Part shown: in pieces, positions 43,084-53,683 of the stretch
How the letters are laid out: every line of letters begins with the position of its first letter
Position numbering within the stretch: position 1 is the first letter of the stretch
Assembly (NCBI GenBank): GCA_037046615.1
Contig: JBAOHD010000024.1
Location: 1-64,000 of the forward strand
DNA length: 64,000 nt
Source: Dermatophilaceae bacterium
GTDB taxonomy: Bacteria; Actinomycetota; Actinomycetes; Actinomycetales; Dermatophilaceae
Direction of reading: 5' to 3'
Notes under the pieces: model-generated
The model's input: the letters and a program-made list of their open reading frames with translations, nothing else
Databases searched by the model: none
Told to the model about the DNA's origin: nothing
Made by a program: the position numbers and the translations under genes

Positions 43084-44229
43084 ATGACGACTCAACCCCT
43101 CGCCACTCCAGACCTTGCAAGCTTCAAGCCGGGACTCGAAGGCGTGGTGGCGTTCGAGTCGGAGATCGCCGAGCCCGACAAGGAAGGCAGCGCGCTGCGC
43201 TACCGCGGGATCGACATCGAAGACCTCGTCGACAAGGTTTCTTTCGGTCAGGTCTGGGGCCTGCTCGTGGACAACTCGTTCGACCCGGGTCTGCCTCCGG
43301 CAGAGCCGTTCCCGCTCCCCGTCCACTCCGGCGACGTCCGCGTCGACGTGCAGTCGGCCCTTGCGCAGCTCGCCCCGATCTGGGGCTTCCGGCCTCTGCT
43401 CGACATCGACGAGGCCGAAGCTCGCGACAACCTCGCCCGCGCCGCCGTCATGGCGCTGTCGTTCGTCGGCCAGTCCGCGCGCGGCCGCAACAAGCCGATG
43501 GTCCCCCAGCGCGAGGTCGACAAGGCCCGGACCATCGTCGAGCGCTTCATGATCCGCTGGCGCGGCGAGCCCGACCCCCGTCACGTCGAAGCCGTGGACG
43601 CCTATTGGGTGTCGGCCGCCGAGCACGGGATGAACGCCTCGACGTTCACTGCGCGTGTCATCGCCTCAACTGGCGCCGACGTGGCGGCGTGCTTGTCCGG
43701 TGCGGTGGGCGCCATGAGTGGGCCGCTGCACGGCGGTGCCCCGTCACGCGTGCTCTACATGCTCGAAGGTGTCGAGAAGACCGGTGACGCCCGCGCGTAT
43801 GTCAAGGGAGTGCTCGACAAGGGTGAGCGCCTCATGGGCTTCGGCCACCGTGTCTACCGCGCGGAAGACCCTCGCGCCCGAGTCCTGCGTTCGACCTGCG
43901 CCCGCCTCAACGCGCCGCGATACGAGGTCGCGCACGCCCTTGAGGAGGCTGCCCTTGCCGAGTTGCAGGAGCGCCGCCCCGACCGCGTGCTCGCGACAAA
44001 CGTCGAGTTCTGGGCGGCCGTGCTGCTCGACTTCGCCGAGGTCCCGCCGTCGATGTTTACCCCGATGTTCACGTGCGCGCGCACGGCTGGCTGGTCGGCG
44101 CACATCCTCGAGCAGAAGCGCACCGGCCGGCTGATCCGCCCGTCCGCGCGCTACATCGGCGAAGGTCCACGTGGCCCCGAAGACGTCACGGGCTGGGCCA
44201 AGCACATCGACCCGCACGCCATCGCCTGA
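43084..44229 (+). CDS. citA: citrate synthase (CitA-like)
   Basis: MTTQPLATPDLASFKPGLEGVVAFESEIAEPDKEGSALRYRGIDIEDLV...GFGHRVYRAEDPRARVL...AGWSAHILEQKRTGRLIRPSARYIGE. Confidence 0.85.
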   Translation: MTTQPLATPDLASFKPGLEGVVAFESEIAEPDKEGSALRYRGIDIEDLVDKVSFGQVWGLLVDNSFDPGLPPAEPFPLPVHSGDVRVDVQSALAQLAPIWGFRPLLDIDEAEARDNLARAAVMALSFVGQSARGRNKPMVPQREVDKARTIVERFMIRWRGEPDPRHVEAVDAYWVSAAEHGMNASTFTARVIASTGADVAACLSGAVGAMSGPLHGGAPSRVLYMLEGVEKTGDARAYVKGVLDKGERLMGFGHRVYRAEDPRARVLRSTCARLNAPRYEVAHALEEAALAELQERRPDRVLATNVEFWAAVLLDFAEVPPSMFTPMFTCARTAGWSAHILEQKRTGRLIRPSARYIGEGPRGPEDVTGWAKHIDPHAIA

Positions 44230-44261
44230 CCCTGGTTGACCTGGTTGGCCTGCGTTCCTCG

Positions 44262-44294
44262 ACGGCCGCCCCTGCATCTCGCCGGGGCGGCCGT
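44262..44294. terminator. hairpin terminator between convergent citA and the Gly/Pro-rich protein gene
   Basis: ACGGCCGCCCC-(11-nt loop)-GGGGCGGCCGT. Confidence 0.55.
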
Positions 44295-44381
44295 TCGTTG
44301 TCTACGGCCGAAGACGTTCGAGGTCACTCACCTCGGGTGGGTGGCAGCTCTCGCACAGCCGGTATGCCGTGCGCCCGCCGG

Positions 44382-45209
44382 TCAAAGCTTGGGGCCCTCG
44401 GCGCGGAGCTTGTCGACCTCGGCCATCTTCGTGCGGAGTTCGGCGAGCCAGGCCTCGGTGTGTTGCCCGACGAGTGAGACCGCCCACGCCAAGGCATCGG
44501 AGCGAGACCGCGCGACGCCCGCGTCGACGAGGGTGTCGAGCACCTGACGCTGCGGTTGGCGCAGCCGGGTCATGACGGGCACCGCGAGGTGGGCAAAGAG
44601 TTCCGACCGCTCGCCGAGCGAGGCTCCCCAACTGACCTTGCGGCCGTAGCGGGCCTGTGCGGCCTCGGCGATGGCCATCCGCTGAGCCCGGGTTTCCTCG
44701 CGAAACCGAGCGATCCGGCCTTCGGCGGCTGCGCCCTTGGCGTCGACACCCTCGGCGGCTGCACCCTTGGCGGCCACGCCCTCGGAGGTCGAGGCGTCGC
44801 TGCGGGCGGAGTCGACCGGTGGGAGTTCGCCGACGACGATGATCTCCTCGCGGTCGACGGTCACCGTCGGAGCGCCGACGAACCACCCGTCCGGCAGCCG
44901 GCCGGCAAACCAGGCCGCGGCGTCGTCGGCTGAGGGGAGGTCAGCCTGCTGCCAGCCGCCGGGTCGTCCGAAGTGGCCACCGCGACGACCGCGGGGACCG
45001 GGTCCACCAGCGCCGGGTCCACCAACGCCGGGACCACCAGCGCCGGGACCTCCCGGCATACCGGGACCGAAGCCAGGCGGCATACCCGGACCGAAACCGC
45101 CCGCCCCTGGGCCGCGCCGCCCGGGACCGCGACGGCGACCACCACGCCCGGGGCGATCCGAGGGATCAGCGGAGGAGGGGTCATCTGGAGCGTTGAAGAG
45201 AGGATGCAT
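44382..45209 (-). CDS. conserved hypothetical protein with a Gly/Pro-rich N-terminus (Rv0883c-like neighbour of serC)
   Basis: 275 aa. N-terminal GPG/PGM repeats, internal AAKGAAAEGVDAKGAAAEG repeat, C-terminal helical domain ...QVLDTLVDAGVARSRSDALAWAVSLVGQHTEAWLAELRTKMAEV. Confidence 0.45.
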   Translation of the reverse strand: MHPLFNAPDDPSSADPSDRPGRGGRRRGPGRRGPGAGGFGPGMPPGFGPGMPGGPGAGGPGVGGPGAGGPGPRGRRGGHFGRPGGWQQADLPSADDAAAWFAGRLPDGWFVGAPTVTVDREEIIVVGELPPVDSARSDASTSEGVAAKGAAAEGVDAKGAAAEGRIARFREETRAQRMAIAEAAQARYGRKVSWGASLGERSELFAHLAVPVMTRLRQPQRQVLDTLVDAGVARSRSDALAWAVSLVGQHTEAWLAELRTKMAEVDKLRAEGPKL

Positions 45210-45400
45210 GATGTCTTCCTTACGTGATTACTTCATTACATCTACTCCAACGGAGGCGTTGGTCGATCTGTTCCCACGTCATGCCGAGACGTGAAACGCA
45301 CCACACCGACCCCTGACACGCGTCCACACCCTGGACCCGGCGCCAAGCGCGTCAGGCACAGTTGGTTGACTGAAGTCCCAGCCGCACGCGACCGAGGTGA

Positions 45401-46528
<1,128 letters not shown>

Positions 46529-46701
46529 GGGGGCCTCCCCCCGCTGTCCGTCAGAGGACTAACGACGAACGGCTGCGACGACGGCCACGACGACCATCAG
46601 GGCCAAGGCGATGACGGTCAGTCGATGACGGAAGCGCACGTTCACCTGGCCATTGTCCGTCATCGGCGAAGGCCCGCTGGCTAAACTCGCTCTCACCAGG
46701 C

Positions 46702-47940
46702 GTGACCCTCGTCCATGGACAGCTCGTGACAGACACCGTTCACCCCGACCCAGACAGATCTGCGCCGCCGACCCGCGCCGCACGCGCCCGTCGTCGACGC
46801 ATCCGCCGCCGGATCGTCATGAGTGCCCTCACGATGGTGGCGATTTCCGTCGGTGTAGTTGCGGTGATCGCCACCAAGGCAGCGAGCGTCACGACGAAGG
46901 TCTTCACCGGTGGCGGGAGCGTGGCGGCGCTCGTCGCGCATGGGGATCCGCTCCGCACCGACCCCGACGGCCGGGTGAATATCCTCATCTTCGGCACGTC
47001 CCAGGACGACCTCGACCACAGCCGGGGCGAGGGCGGCCAGGGCATGTGGCTCACCGACTCCATCCAGCTGTTGAGCATCGAGCCCACGTCGGGTGCCGCG
47101 ACCATGCTCGCAGTGCCCCGCGACACGTGGGTCAAACAACCGACGAAGTGTGTCGTCGGCCAGGAGTCGAAGATCAATGCGGTCTACGAATGCGCGATGG
47201 GCTATCTCAGCACCCCCCAGGACAGGGTCCCGGACTACTCCATCCGGGACAAAGCGGGTGCCGAAGCGCTCGTGGGAGTCGTCAAGAAGGTCACGGGGGT
47301 CGAGGCCCAATACTGGGTCCACATCAACTACACCGTGGTCAAAGAATCCGTCGACGCGGTCGGCGGCGTGGACGTGGACATCGTGGGCAATGGGCACGAG
47401 GGGATTTTCGACACCAACCTCGACGGCGCCTGCCCGCCCGATGACGTGTCGTGTCGCCGGATCTACTACCCGCGGGATGGCACCTACCACCTGTCGGGGC
47501 AACAAGCTCTCGACCTCGCGCGTGCTCGCGGAGATGCCAACCCCCGGTCCTGCATGCAGTTCGGTTTGGCGGGCGGCGATTTCGACCGTCAGGCCAATCA
47601 ACAGCGGATCATGACGGCGCTGCGCACCAAAGCCGTCGCCGCAGGCACCTTGACCAACCCCGCTCGCCTCACTGCCCTCATCGACGCCCTCGGCAACAAC
47701 GTCACCACCGACTTCAGCACCGGCGAAGCCAAGACCGCTTTTGACCTTGCCCGGCGCTTCGGCACGATGACGCCGATCTCGCTCGTGGACCCGGCCAAGC
47801 CCGTCATCACGGACGGGTTCGTCGGCAAACAGAGCGTGCTCCGGCCAGTGGCAGGCACCTTCGAGTATGCCGCCGTGCACGCCTACGTCCGCGCGCGCCT
47901 CCCGAAGGCCCCCGTCGCCGGGGCGAGTTCCGGAGGGTGA
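46702..47940 (+). CDS. LCP-family (LytR-CpsA-Psr) cell-envelope protein
   Basis: 412 aa with a TM (IVMSALTMVAISVGVVAVIAT) and an LCP domain (VNILIFGTSQDD...LLSIEPTSGAATMLAVPRDTWV...VHINYTVVKESVDAVGGVDVDI). Confidence 0.75.
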   Translation: MTLVHGQLVTDTVHPDPDRSAPPTRAARARRRRIRRRIVMSALTMVAISVGVVAVIATKAASVTTKVFTGGGSVAALVAHGDPLRTDPDGRVNILIFGTSQDDLDHSRGEGGQGMWLTDSIQLLSIEPTSGAATMLAVPRDTWVKQPTKCVVGQESKINAVYECAMGYLSTPQDRVPDYSIRDKAGAEALVGVVKKVTGVEAQYWVHINYTVVKESVDAVGGVDVDIVGNGHEGIFDTNLDGACPPDDVSCRRIYYPRDGTYHLSGQQALDLARARGDANPRSCMQFGLAGGDFDRQANQQRIMTALRTKAVAAGTLTNPARLTALIDALGNNVTTDFSTGEAKTAFDLARRFGTMTPISLVDPAKPVITDGFVGKQSVLRPVAGTFEYAAVHAYVRARLPKAPVAGASSGG

Positions 47941-47942
47941 AG

Positions 47943-47964
47943 GGTATGCCGCGCGGCATACCCC
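47943..47964. terminator. perfect 22-bp palindrome made of two inverted copies of the over-represented motif; likely a bidirectional terminator
   Basis: GGGTATGCCGCGCGGCATACCC lies exactly between the LCP stop (47940) and the permease stop (47974). Confidence 0.55.
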
Positions 47965-47973
47965 GTGAAGAGG

Positions 47974-49497
47974 TCACTGCACGCCGAGGATGCCCTTGAG
48001 CGGGTCGATGGCGAAGTAGATGACGAAGAGCCCAGCGACCACCCACATCAGCGGGTGGATCTCCGAGGTCTTGCCGCGGACGAGCTTGATCAAGACATAG
48101 GCAACGAACCCGGCTCCGATGCCCACCGTGATCGAGTAGGTGAACGGCATGAGGACGATCGTGAGGAATGCAGGGATGGCGATTTCCAGGTCGTCCCAGT
48201 CGATGCCCTTGACCTGCTGCATCATCAGGAACCCGACGAGGACAAGCGCCGGGACCGCTGCCTCGTTGGGGATGATCTTGACCAGTGGCGCAAAGACCAT
48301 CGAGACAAGGAAAAGGACGCCGGTCACGACGGCCGCCAGGCCCGTCCGGGCCCCTTCGCCGACACCGGAGGCCGACTCGATGTAGGACGTGTTGGACGAG
48401 ACGCCTGCGGCGCCACCAGCGGCGGCAGCGACCGAGTCGACGATGAGGATCCGCTGCGTGTTGGGCGGCGTGCCGGCTTCGTCGAGAAGTCCTGCCTCGG
48501 CACCGATCGCTGTCATCGTGCCCATCGTGTCGAAGAAGTCGGCCAACATGAGCGTGAAGACCAGGAGGAAGGCTGCGACCGCTCCCGCCTTGGCGAACGA
48601 GCCGAAGAGGTTGAACTGACCGAGCGTGCCGAAGGAGATCGAGTCGATCTTGCTGGGCCACGCAGGCACGTTGAGGTTCCAGCCAGCCGGGTTGACCTTG
48701 TTGGAGCCGTCCGGGTTCTGGCCGATCACGGTGGGGCCGACCTTCGCCACAGCTTCGACGATGAAGGCCAGGACGGTGGTCACGAGGATCGAGATGAGGA
48801 TCGCGCCGCGGACCTTGCGGACCCACAGGGCGATGACGAGGAAGAGCCCGAAGCAGAAGACCCCGGTGGGCCACCCGCTCAGCGCACCACCGATCCCGAG
48901 TTCGACCGGCACCGGGCCGACCCCGGTGCGACGTACGAAGCCCGCGTCGACGAGCCCGATCATCGCGATGAACAGGCCGATTCCGACCGAGATCGCGACC
49001 TTGAGCTGCGCCGGGACGGCATGGAAGACCGCTTGCCGGAACCCGGTCAAGACGAGCACGAGGATGATGAGACCTTCGAGGACGACCAGCCCCATGGCAT
49101 CCGCCCAGGTCATCTTCGTCGCGATGGAGAATGCCACAAAAGCGTTGAGCCCCAGCCCGGTTGCCAAGGCGAGCGGGAAGTTGGCCACGACGCCCATGAG
49201 GATCGTCATGATGCCCGCGACAAGGGCCGTGCCGGCGGCGATGGCCGCGAGGTTGGGCGCTGCGCCACCGCCGAGGAACTTGCCGTCGGCGTCCTTGACG
49301 AAGCCCAGGATGAGCGGGTTGAGCACCACGATGTAGGCCATGGTGAAGAACGTGACGACGCCGCCACGGACCTCTCGCTCGATGGTCGAGCCGCGTTCGC
49401 TGATTTTGAAGAACCGGTCGAGACCGCCGGTCTGCTGTCGTTGCACCGGGGGCGCCTGAGGCGCGGAGGAGGACATGGGCTCAAGGCTAGTGGCCAT
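47974..49497 (-). CDS. NCS2-family nucleobase permease (AzgA-like guanine/hypoxanthine permease)
   Basis: ~13 TM. ...VRGGVVTFFTMAYIVVLNPLILG...TSYIESASGVGEGARTGLAAVVTGVLFL... Start taken at MATSLEP (49497). The ORF-track extension to 49551 reads through an upstream repeat. Confidence 0.75.
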   Translation of the reverse strand: MATSLEPMSSSAPQAPPVQRQQTGGLDRFFKISERGSTIEREVRGGVVTFFTMAYIVVLNPLILGFVKDADGKFLGGGAAPNLAAIAAGTALVAGIMTILMGVVANFPLALATGLGLNAFVAFSIATKMTWADAMGLVVLEGLIILVLVLTGFRQAVFHAVPAQLKVAISVGIGLFIAMIGLVDAGFVRRTGVGPVPVELGIGGALSGWPTGVFCFGLFLVIALWVRKVRGAILISILVTTVLAFIVEAVAKVGPTVIGQNPDGSNKVNPAGWNLNVPAWPSKIDSISFGTLGQFNLFGSFAKAGAVAAFLLVFTLMLADFFDTMGTMTAIGAEAGLLDEAGTPPNTQRILIVDSVAAAAGGAAGVSSNTSYIESASGVGEGARTGLAAVVTGVLFLVSMVFAPLVKIIPNEAAVPALVLVGFLMMQQVKGIDWDDLEIAIPAFLTIVLMPFTYSITVGIGAGFVAYVLIKLVRGKTSEIHPLMWVVAGLFVIYFAIDPLKGILGVQ

Positions 49498-49510
49498 GGG
49501 CGGGCCGGGC

Positions 49511-49737
49511 AGCCGGAGCGAGGCCACCCTCGCAAGCGTGAGCGAAACCACGCAGCCAGCCCGGCACCCGACCCTGCGTGAAGTCGCAGAAGTGGTTGCC
49601 TATGGGGCTCGGAGACAGCCACTTCTGACACCTCGCGGATGTCCTCACCCGACTCGGGAGGGGTCGGGCGGCCGGAGCGAGGCTACCCTGGCACGCGTGA
49701 GCGAAACCACGCAGCCAGCGGATCAGCCCGGCACCCG
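49511..49737. repeat. two ~60-bp direct repeats flanking a 41-bp hairpin in the divergent permease/DUF2530 promoter region
   Basis: Copy 1 at 49511-49570 (gccggagcgaggccaccctcgcaagcgtgagcgaaaccacgcagccagcccggcacccg). Copy 2 at 49671-49737 (gccggagcgaggctaccctggcacgcgtgagcgaaaccacgcagccagcggatcagcccggcacccg). Hairpin cagaagtggttgcctatggggctcggagacagccacttctg at 49587-49627. Confidence 0.75.
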
Positions 49738-49747
49738 CCCAGCCCCG

Positions 49748-49957
49748 GTGACCGAGCCGCTCGCCGTCCCGATTCGACGCATCGTCGAGATGGGAATTGC
49801 GGCGTGGGCGGTCGCTCTCGCCGTCACGCTCGTCGTGCCGGGGCTGCACACCGGCGACCGGTCGTGGTGGCCCTGGTCATGCGTCGCGGGGATCGTCCTC
49901 GGTGGCATCGGCTGGGCTTACGTCCGTCGCGGCCGCGGCAATATCGCCGACGGCTGA
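49748..49957 (+). CDS. small two-TM membrane protein (DUF2530-like)
   Basis: VTEPLAVPIRRIVEMGIAAWAVALAVTLVVPGLHTGDRSWWPWSCVAGIVLGGIGWAYVRRGRGNIADG. Its 3' end overlaps the convergent DUF3027 ORF by ~80 nt, so one of the two ends is probably affected by an indel. Confidence 0.45.
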   Translation: MTEPLAVPIRRIVEMGIAAWAVALAVTLVVPGLHTGDRSWWPWSCVAGIVLGGIGWAYVRRGRGNIADG

Positions 49958-50725
49958 CTCGTCCACGACGTCAGCCGGACGGTCGATCTCGACCAGCTCA
50001 ACGGCATACTCGTCGACGATCGGATCCCCGATCGGCACCGACGCCAGCGGCGTCACGTCGACCTCGCTATGGGCACCGCACCCGTGGTCGAGGCTGACGA
50101 CCTTGCCGTCCGAGGGTGACCACTCGTTGGCACACACACCGAAGGTGCGTCGGAGCGCCCCGGCCATCGGCAGGAAATAGCCGCAGGTCGCGCACGCCGC
50201 CGGAGCCTTCTCGGCAACCTCAGCGCGCGGCCCGTGGACCCCGTCGTACCACCGCTGGGCGGCTGCCTCGCGACCCTGGGGCGACAGGACACGGACGCGA
50301 CCGAGGCCGAGTTCGGCCACGGCCAGCTGGTCGATCTCGTCGTCGCCGGTCGCCTCGAAGCCCTGCTGGAGCAGCGGGTCGTGCTCACGGTAGGGCAGGA
50401 CATCGCCGGCACCGAGGTCACCGGGAGCGATCCGCTCGGCATACGGGACCCAGGTGGGGGCAAGGATGGCACCCTCGCCCGGCACGAGCCCCGCCTCGCA
50501 CACCGTCGCGTGCTTCTGCCGGGGCGCGCGGGCGACAGTCACCGACCACTGCCAGCCGACGTATGCCGTGGACACGCAGGTGAAGCGGTGGGTGGCGAGC
50601 CGTTCGCCGTCCATGACGACACCCACATGCTCACCGACGGCGCCGGGCTCGGCGATGTCGACAGCCGCCGATCGGGCGAGGTCGACCGCGGCGACGAGCG
50701 TGCCGTCGACCTTGGGATCGGCCAT
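49877..50725 (-). CDS. DUF3027-domain protein
   Basis: 282 aa with Cys-rich motifs (CATCGYFLP...GVCANEWSPSDGKVVSLDHGCGAHSE). Next to csp, as in mycobacteria. Confidence 0.6.
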   Translation of the reverse strand: MADPKVDGTLVAAVDLARSAAVDIAEPGAVGEHVGVVMDGERLATHRFTCVSTAYVGWQWSVTVARAPRQKHATVCEAGLVPGEGAILAPTWVPYAERIAPGDLGAGDVLPYREHDPLLQQGFEATGDDEIDQLAVAELGLGRVRVLSPQGREAAAQRWYDGVHGPRAEVAEKAPAACATCGYFLPMAGALRRTFGVCANEWSPSDGKVVSLDHGCGAHSEVDVTPLASVPIGDPIVDEYAVELVEIDRPADVVDESAVGDIAAAATDVSPADATEDDPRDA

Positions 50726-51120
50726 CAGGCTTCCAAATCGGCAGCCACAGCGCGCAGGACTTGGGCGACCTTTCCGGCGTGCCCCTTGTCGGGATACTTG
50801 CCGCGCCGCAGCGACTCAGAGGTGTTGTCCAGGAGTTTGATGAGGTCTTCGATGATGACGACCATGTCCTCGGCGGGCTTGCGGTGCGCCTGACGCTGGG
50901 CCGCCGCGACCGACGGCGTCGGCTCGAGCACCCGCACCTGGAGTGCCTGCGAGCCGCGCCGACCCTCGACGATGCCGAACTCGACCCGGGTCCCACCCTT
51001 GAGAGTGGTCACGCCCTCGGGCAACGCATTGGCGTGGAGGAACACGTCGCCGCCGGCGTCGTCGGAAAGGAAGCCGAAGCCCTTCTCCGCGTCGTACCAC
51101 TTGACTTTGCCTGTTGGCAC
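50725..51120 (-). CDS. cold-shock-domain protein with a C-terminal extension
   Basis: GTG start. VPTGKVKWYDAEKGFGFLSDDAGGDVFLHANALPEGVTTLKGGTRVEFGIVEGRRGSQALQVRVL. Confidence 0.8.
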   Translation of the reverse strand: MPTGKVKWYDAEKGFGFLSDDAGGDVFLHANALPEGVTTLKGGTRVEFGIVEGRRGSQALQVRVLEPTPSVAAAQRQAHRKPAEDMVVIIEDLIKLLDNTSESLRRGKYPDKGHAGKVAQVLRAVAADLEA

Positions 51121-51311
51121 CGTTCCACCTCGTGCTCGTGTCCTGCTGGTCCGAGCGGGGTGTTGGTCGCCATCGAGGTCAGCCTCAAGGGTGTCTCGAG
51201 GCGGCCCGATGCTCCCGCTCATGGTGCGCGTCTGCGCCATCACAGCCTAATGGGCCGGTCACAGGGATTGGACGCGAACGGGGCTGGGACCGGGTCTGGG
51301 ACACTGGCCAG

Positions 51312-53681
51312 ATGGCCACTCCCCGCAAAGCAGCAGCGGCTGCCGCCGCGAAGGCCACGATCACCTCGACCCCCCGCGCGAAGTCCCGTCCCCAGACGCC
51401 CCCGCAGCGCACCCCGATCACGTCGCTGGGCGACGATCTGCGACGCCGCAGCGACGAGGAACTCGTCGCACTCCTGCTCGCGCGGCCTGATCTGGCCCGC
51501 CCGGCGCCGGCCGACCTCACGGCGCTGTCGGCACGAGCCACGACGCGATCGAGCGTCAGCCGTGCCGTGGAGGATCTTGACCTCGGCTCGCTCCGACTGG
51601 CTCAAGCCGTCGTCGTCGCTGCCCACCCGCGACCCGACGAGCCGCTCGACGTCGCCAGGATCGCGTCCCTTCTCGACGTGCCACTCCCGTCGGTCGTCGC
51701 GGGCTTGACGGACTTGTGGGCCCGGGCTCTGGTGTGGCGAGACGACGACGGATGGCGCCTGGTCCGAATGCTCGCCGACGTCCTCGGCCCCCATCCGGCC
51801 GGGCTGGGTCTGCCCGCCGACGAGGTCGCGGAGCGGCATCCCGCTCACACGCCTCCCCTGGGTTCAGCGCTGGACGAGTTGCTCGACACGGCGCCGGCTG
51901 CGGCTCGCGCAGTGCTCGACGCTCTCGTGTGGGGACCTCCGACAGCGGCCGTGCCCCCCTCCGGGGCGGGCAAGGAGGGAGCGACGTGGCTCGTCGAGCA
52001 CGGTCTCGCGACCCGATCCGGGCTCGGCCACATCGCCCTCGTCCGGGAAGTCGCCCTCCATCTGCGCGGTGGGGTGATCCATCGAGACGCCCCGCTCGTG
52101 GCGCCCACCCCGGCCGGCGCGCCGATGGACCCGGCGACGGTCGATCGGGTCGCCGGAGTCCATGCTCGGCAACTGCTCGACTGGCTCGATGACCTCGCCC
52201 AGGAATGGGGTCGGGCTCCGGCACGTGTCCTGCGCTCCGGAGGGGTCGGGGTGCGCGACCTTACCCTCCTCGCGCGGGCCCTCGACGTGCCCCCCGACAC
52301 CGCGACATTCATCGCCGAACTCGCGCTGGCCGCTGACCTCATCGCCAATGACGGCGAGCTCGTCCCCTCGTGGGTGCCGACGACCGAATATGAGACCTGG
52401 TCGGGCTACGCACCGGCAGAGCGATGGGCAGCGGTATGCCGTGCCTGGCGAGACACCCCGCGGGCGGCATACCTCGTGGGCGCGCCGATCGGGCGTTCTC
52501 AGACGGCCGGTGCACTCACCTCTGAGGTGATCTACCCGCCTGTGCGAGCGCTCCGCCTCGACGTCCTCCACGCGCTGGCAGCCCAGCCCGCCGGGGCGCC
52601 GGTCACGGCCGACGAACTCACCGCCCTCATGCGCTGGCGACGACCCCTGCGCGACCCTCGCCAAATCGAGCGCGCCGTCCACGCCAGCCTCCGCGAGGCC
52701 GAGTTGCTCGGGGTCGTCGGTCTCGGCTCTCTCACGGGCGCCGGCCGCGCCCTCGCGACCACCGCGAGCGATGGCGAGATCGCCGCCGCGGCCAAGCGCG
52801 CCATGCCCGCACCGGTCGACCGAGTCCTGCTCCAAGGCGACCTGACCCTGGTAGCTCCAGGGCCGCTCGTCGCAACCCTCGACCGGTTCGTCAGGCTCGC
52901 CTGCGATATCGAATCGCGCGGCAGCGCAACGGTTTTCCGCATCACACCGACGTCGATCAGGCGGGCGCTCGACACCGGGATGACCGCCGACGAGTTGCTC
53001 GCCCGGTTCGCCGACGCGAGTTCGACCCCGGTGCCGCAGCCGCTGGATTATCTCGTCCGCGACGTCTCCCGGCGACACGGACAGGCGCGCGTTGGTGGCG
53101 CCACGGCATACCTGCGATGTGACGACGAGGCGGTCCTCGTCGCGATCCTCGCCGACCGCGCGCTCGCTCCGGCGATGTTGCGCCGGATCGCGCCCACTGT
53201 CCTGGTGTCACGGGCTGAGCCGACGACGCTGCTCGATCTCCTGCGTGACCACGGCTACGCGCCAGCGCAGGAGGCCTACGACGGCACCCTCGTGGTTTCT
53301 GCCCCCGTCGCCCGCCGCACCCGCGCGCGGCGACGCTCCGGCGACCTGGACCCTGTTCCCCCCACCGTCGATCACTCCGTCGCTGCTGCGGTCGTCTCCC
53401 ATGTGCGGGCAGCACCCGCGAGACCAGCTCCACTGTGGGCCGGCTCCCGAAGCGGGCCGACCTTGTCGTCGTCGCCGACGGACACCGCGCATCTGTTGCG
53501 GGAGGCGCTGGCCGACTCGCGCACCCTCTGGCTCGGGTATGCCGACGCCAACGGCCGCACCGCCCGTCACCTCGTGCGCCCCGTGCGACTCGAAGGCGGA
53601 CGGCTGTATGCCGTGTCCGGTGAGTCCGCGTCCGAGCAGCTCTTCGTCGTCCACCGGATCACCGGCGTCGCCCTCGCCTGA
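51312..53681 (+). CDS. helicase-associated-domain protein, the conserved upstream partner of actinobacterial XPB/Ercc3 helicase (Rv0862c-like)
   Basis: ~790 aa with an Ala/Pro-rich basic N-terminus, then ...LLARPDLARPAPADLTALSARATTRSSVSRAVEDLDLGSLRLAQAVVVAA... An XPB helicase gene lies 3 kb downstream. Confidence 0.55.
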   Translation: MATPRKAAAAAAAKATITSTPRAKSRPQTPPQRTPITSLGDDLRRRSDEELVALLLARPDLARPAPADLTALSARATTRSSVSRAVEDLDLGSLRLAQAVVVAAHPRPDEPLDVARIASLLDVPLPSVVAGLTDLWARALVWRDDDGWRLVRMLADVLGPHPAGLGLPADEVAERHPAHTPPLGSALDELLDTAPAAARAVLDALVWGPPTAAVPPSGAGKEGATWLVEHGLATRSGLGHIALVREVALHLRGGVIHRDAPLVAPTPAGAPMDPATVDRVAGVHARQLLDWLDDLAQEWGRAPARVLRSGGVGVRDLTLLARALDVPPDTATFIAELALAADLIANDGELVPSWVPTTEYETWSGYAPAERWAAVCRAWRDTPRAAYLVGAPIGRSQTAGALTSEVIYPPVRALRLDVLHALAAQPAGAPVTADELTALMRWRRPLRDPRQIERAVHASLREAELLGVVGLGSLTGAGRALATTASDGEIAAAAKRAMPAPVDRVLLQGDLTLVAPGPLVATLDRFVRLACDIESRGSATVFRITPTSIRRALDTGMTADELLARFADASSTPVPQPLDYLVRDVSRRHGQARVGGATAYLRCDDEAVLVAILADRALAPAMLRRIAPTVLVSRAEPTTLLDLLRDHGYAPAQEAYDGTLVVSAPVARRTRARRRSGDLDPVPPTVDHSVAAAVVSHVRAAPARPAPLWAGSRSGPTLSSSPTDTAHLLREALADSRTLWLGYADANGRTARHLVRPVRLEGGRLYAVSGESASEQLFVVHRITGVALA

Positions 53682-53683
53682 GG

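Noticed and set aside
49498-49760. Purine (guanine/adenine) riboswitch upstream of the NCS2 nucleobase permease
   Set aside because: I could not find the conserved purine-riboswitch core (P1 plus the UAUA...GGGA...UUUCUACC...CCGUAAA junction motifs) by eye. I report it only as an unexplained repeat or hairpin region.
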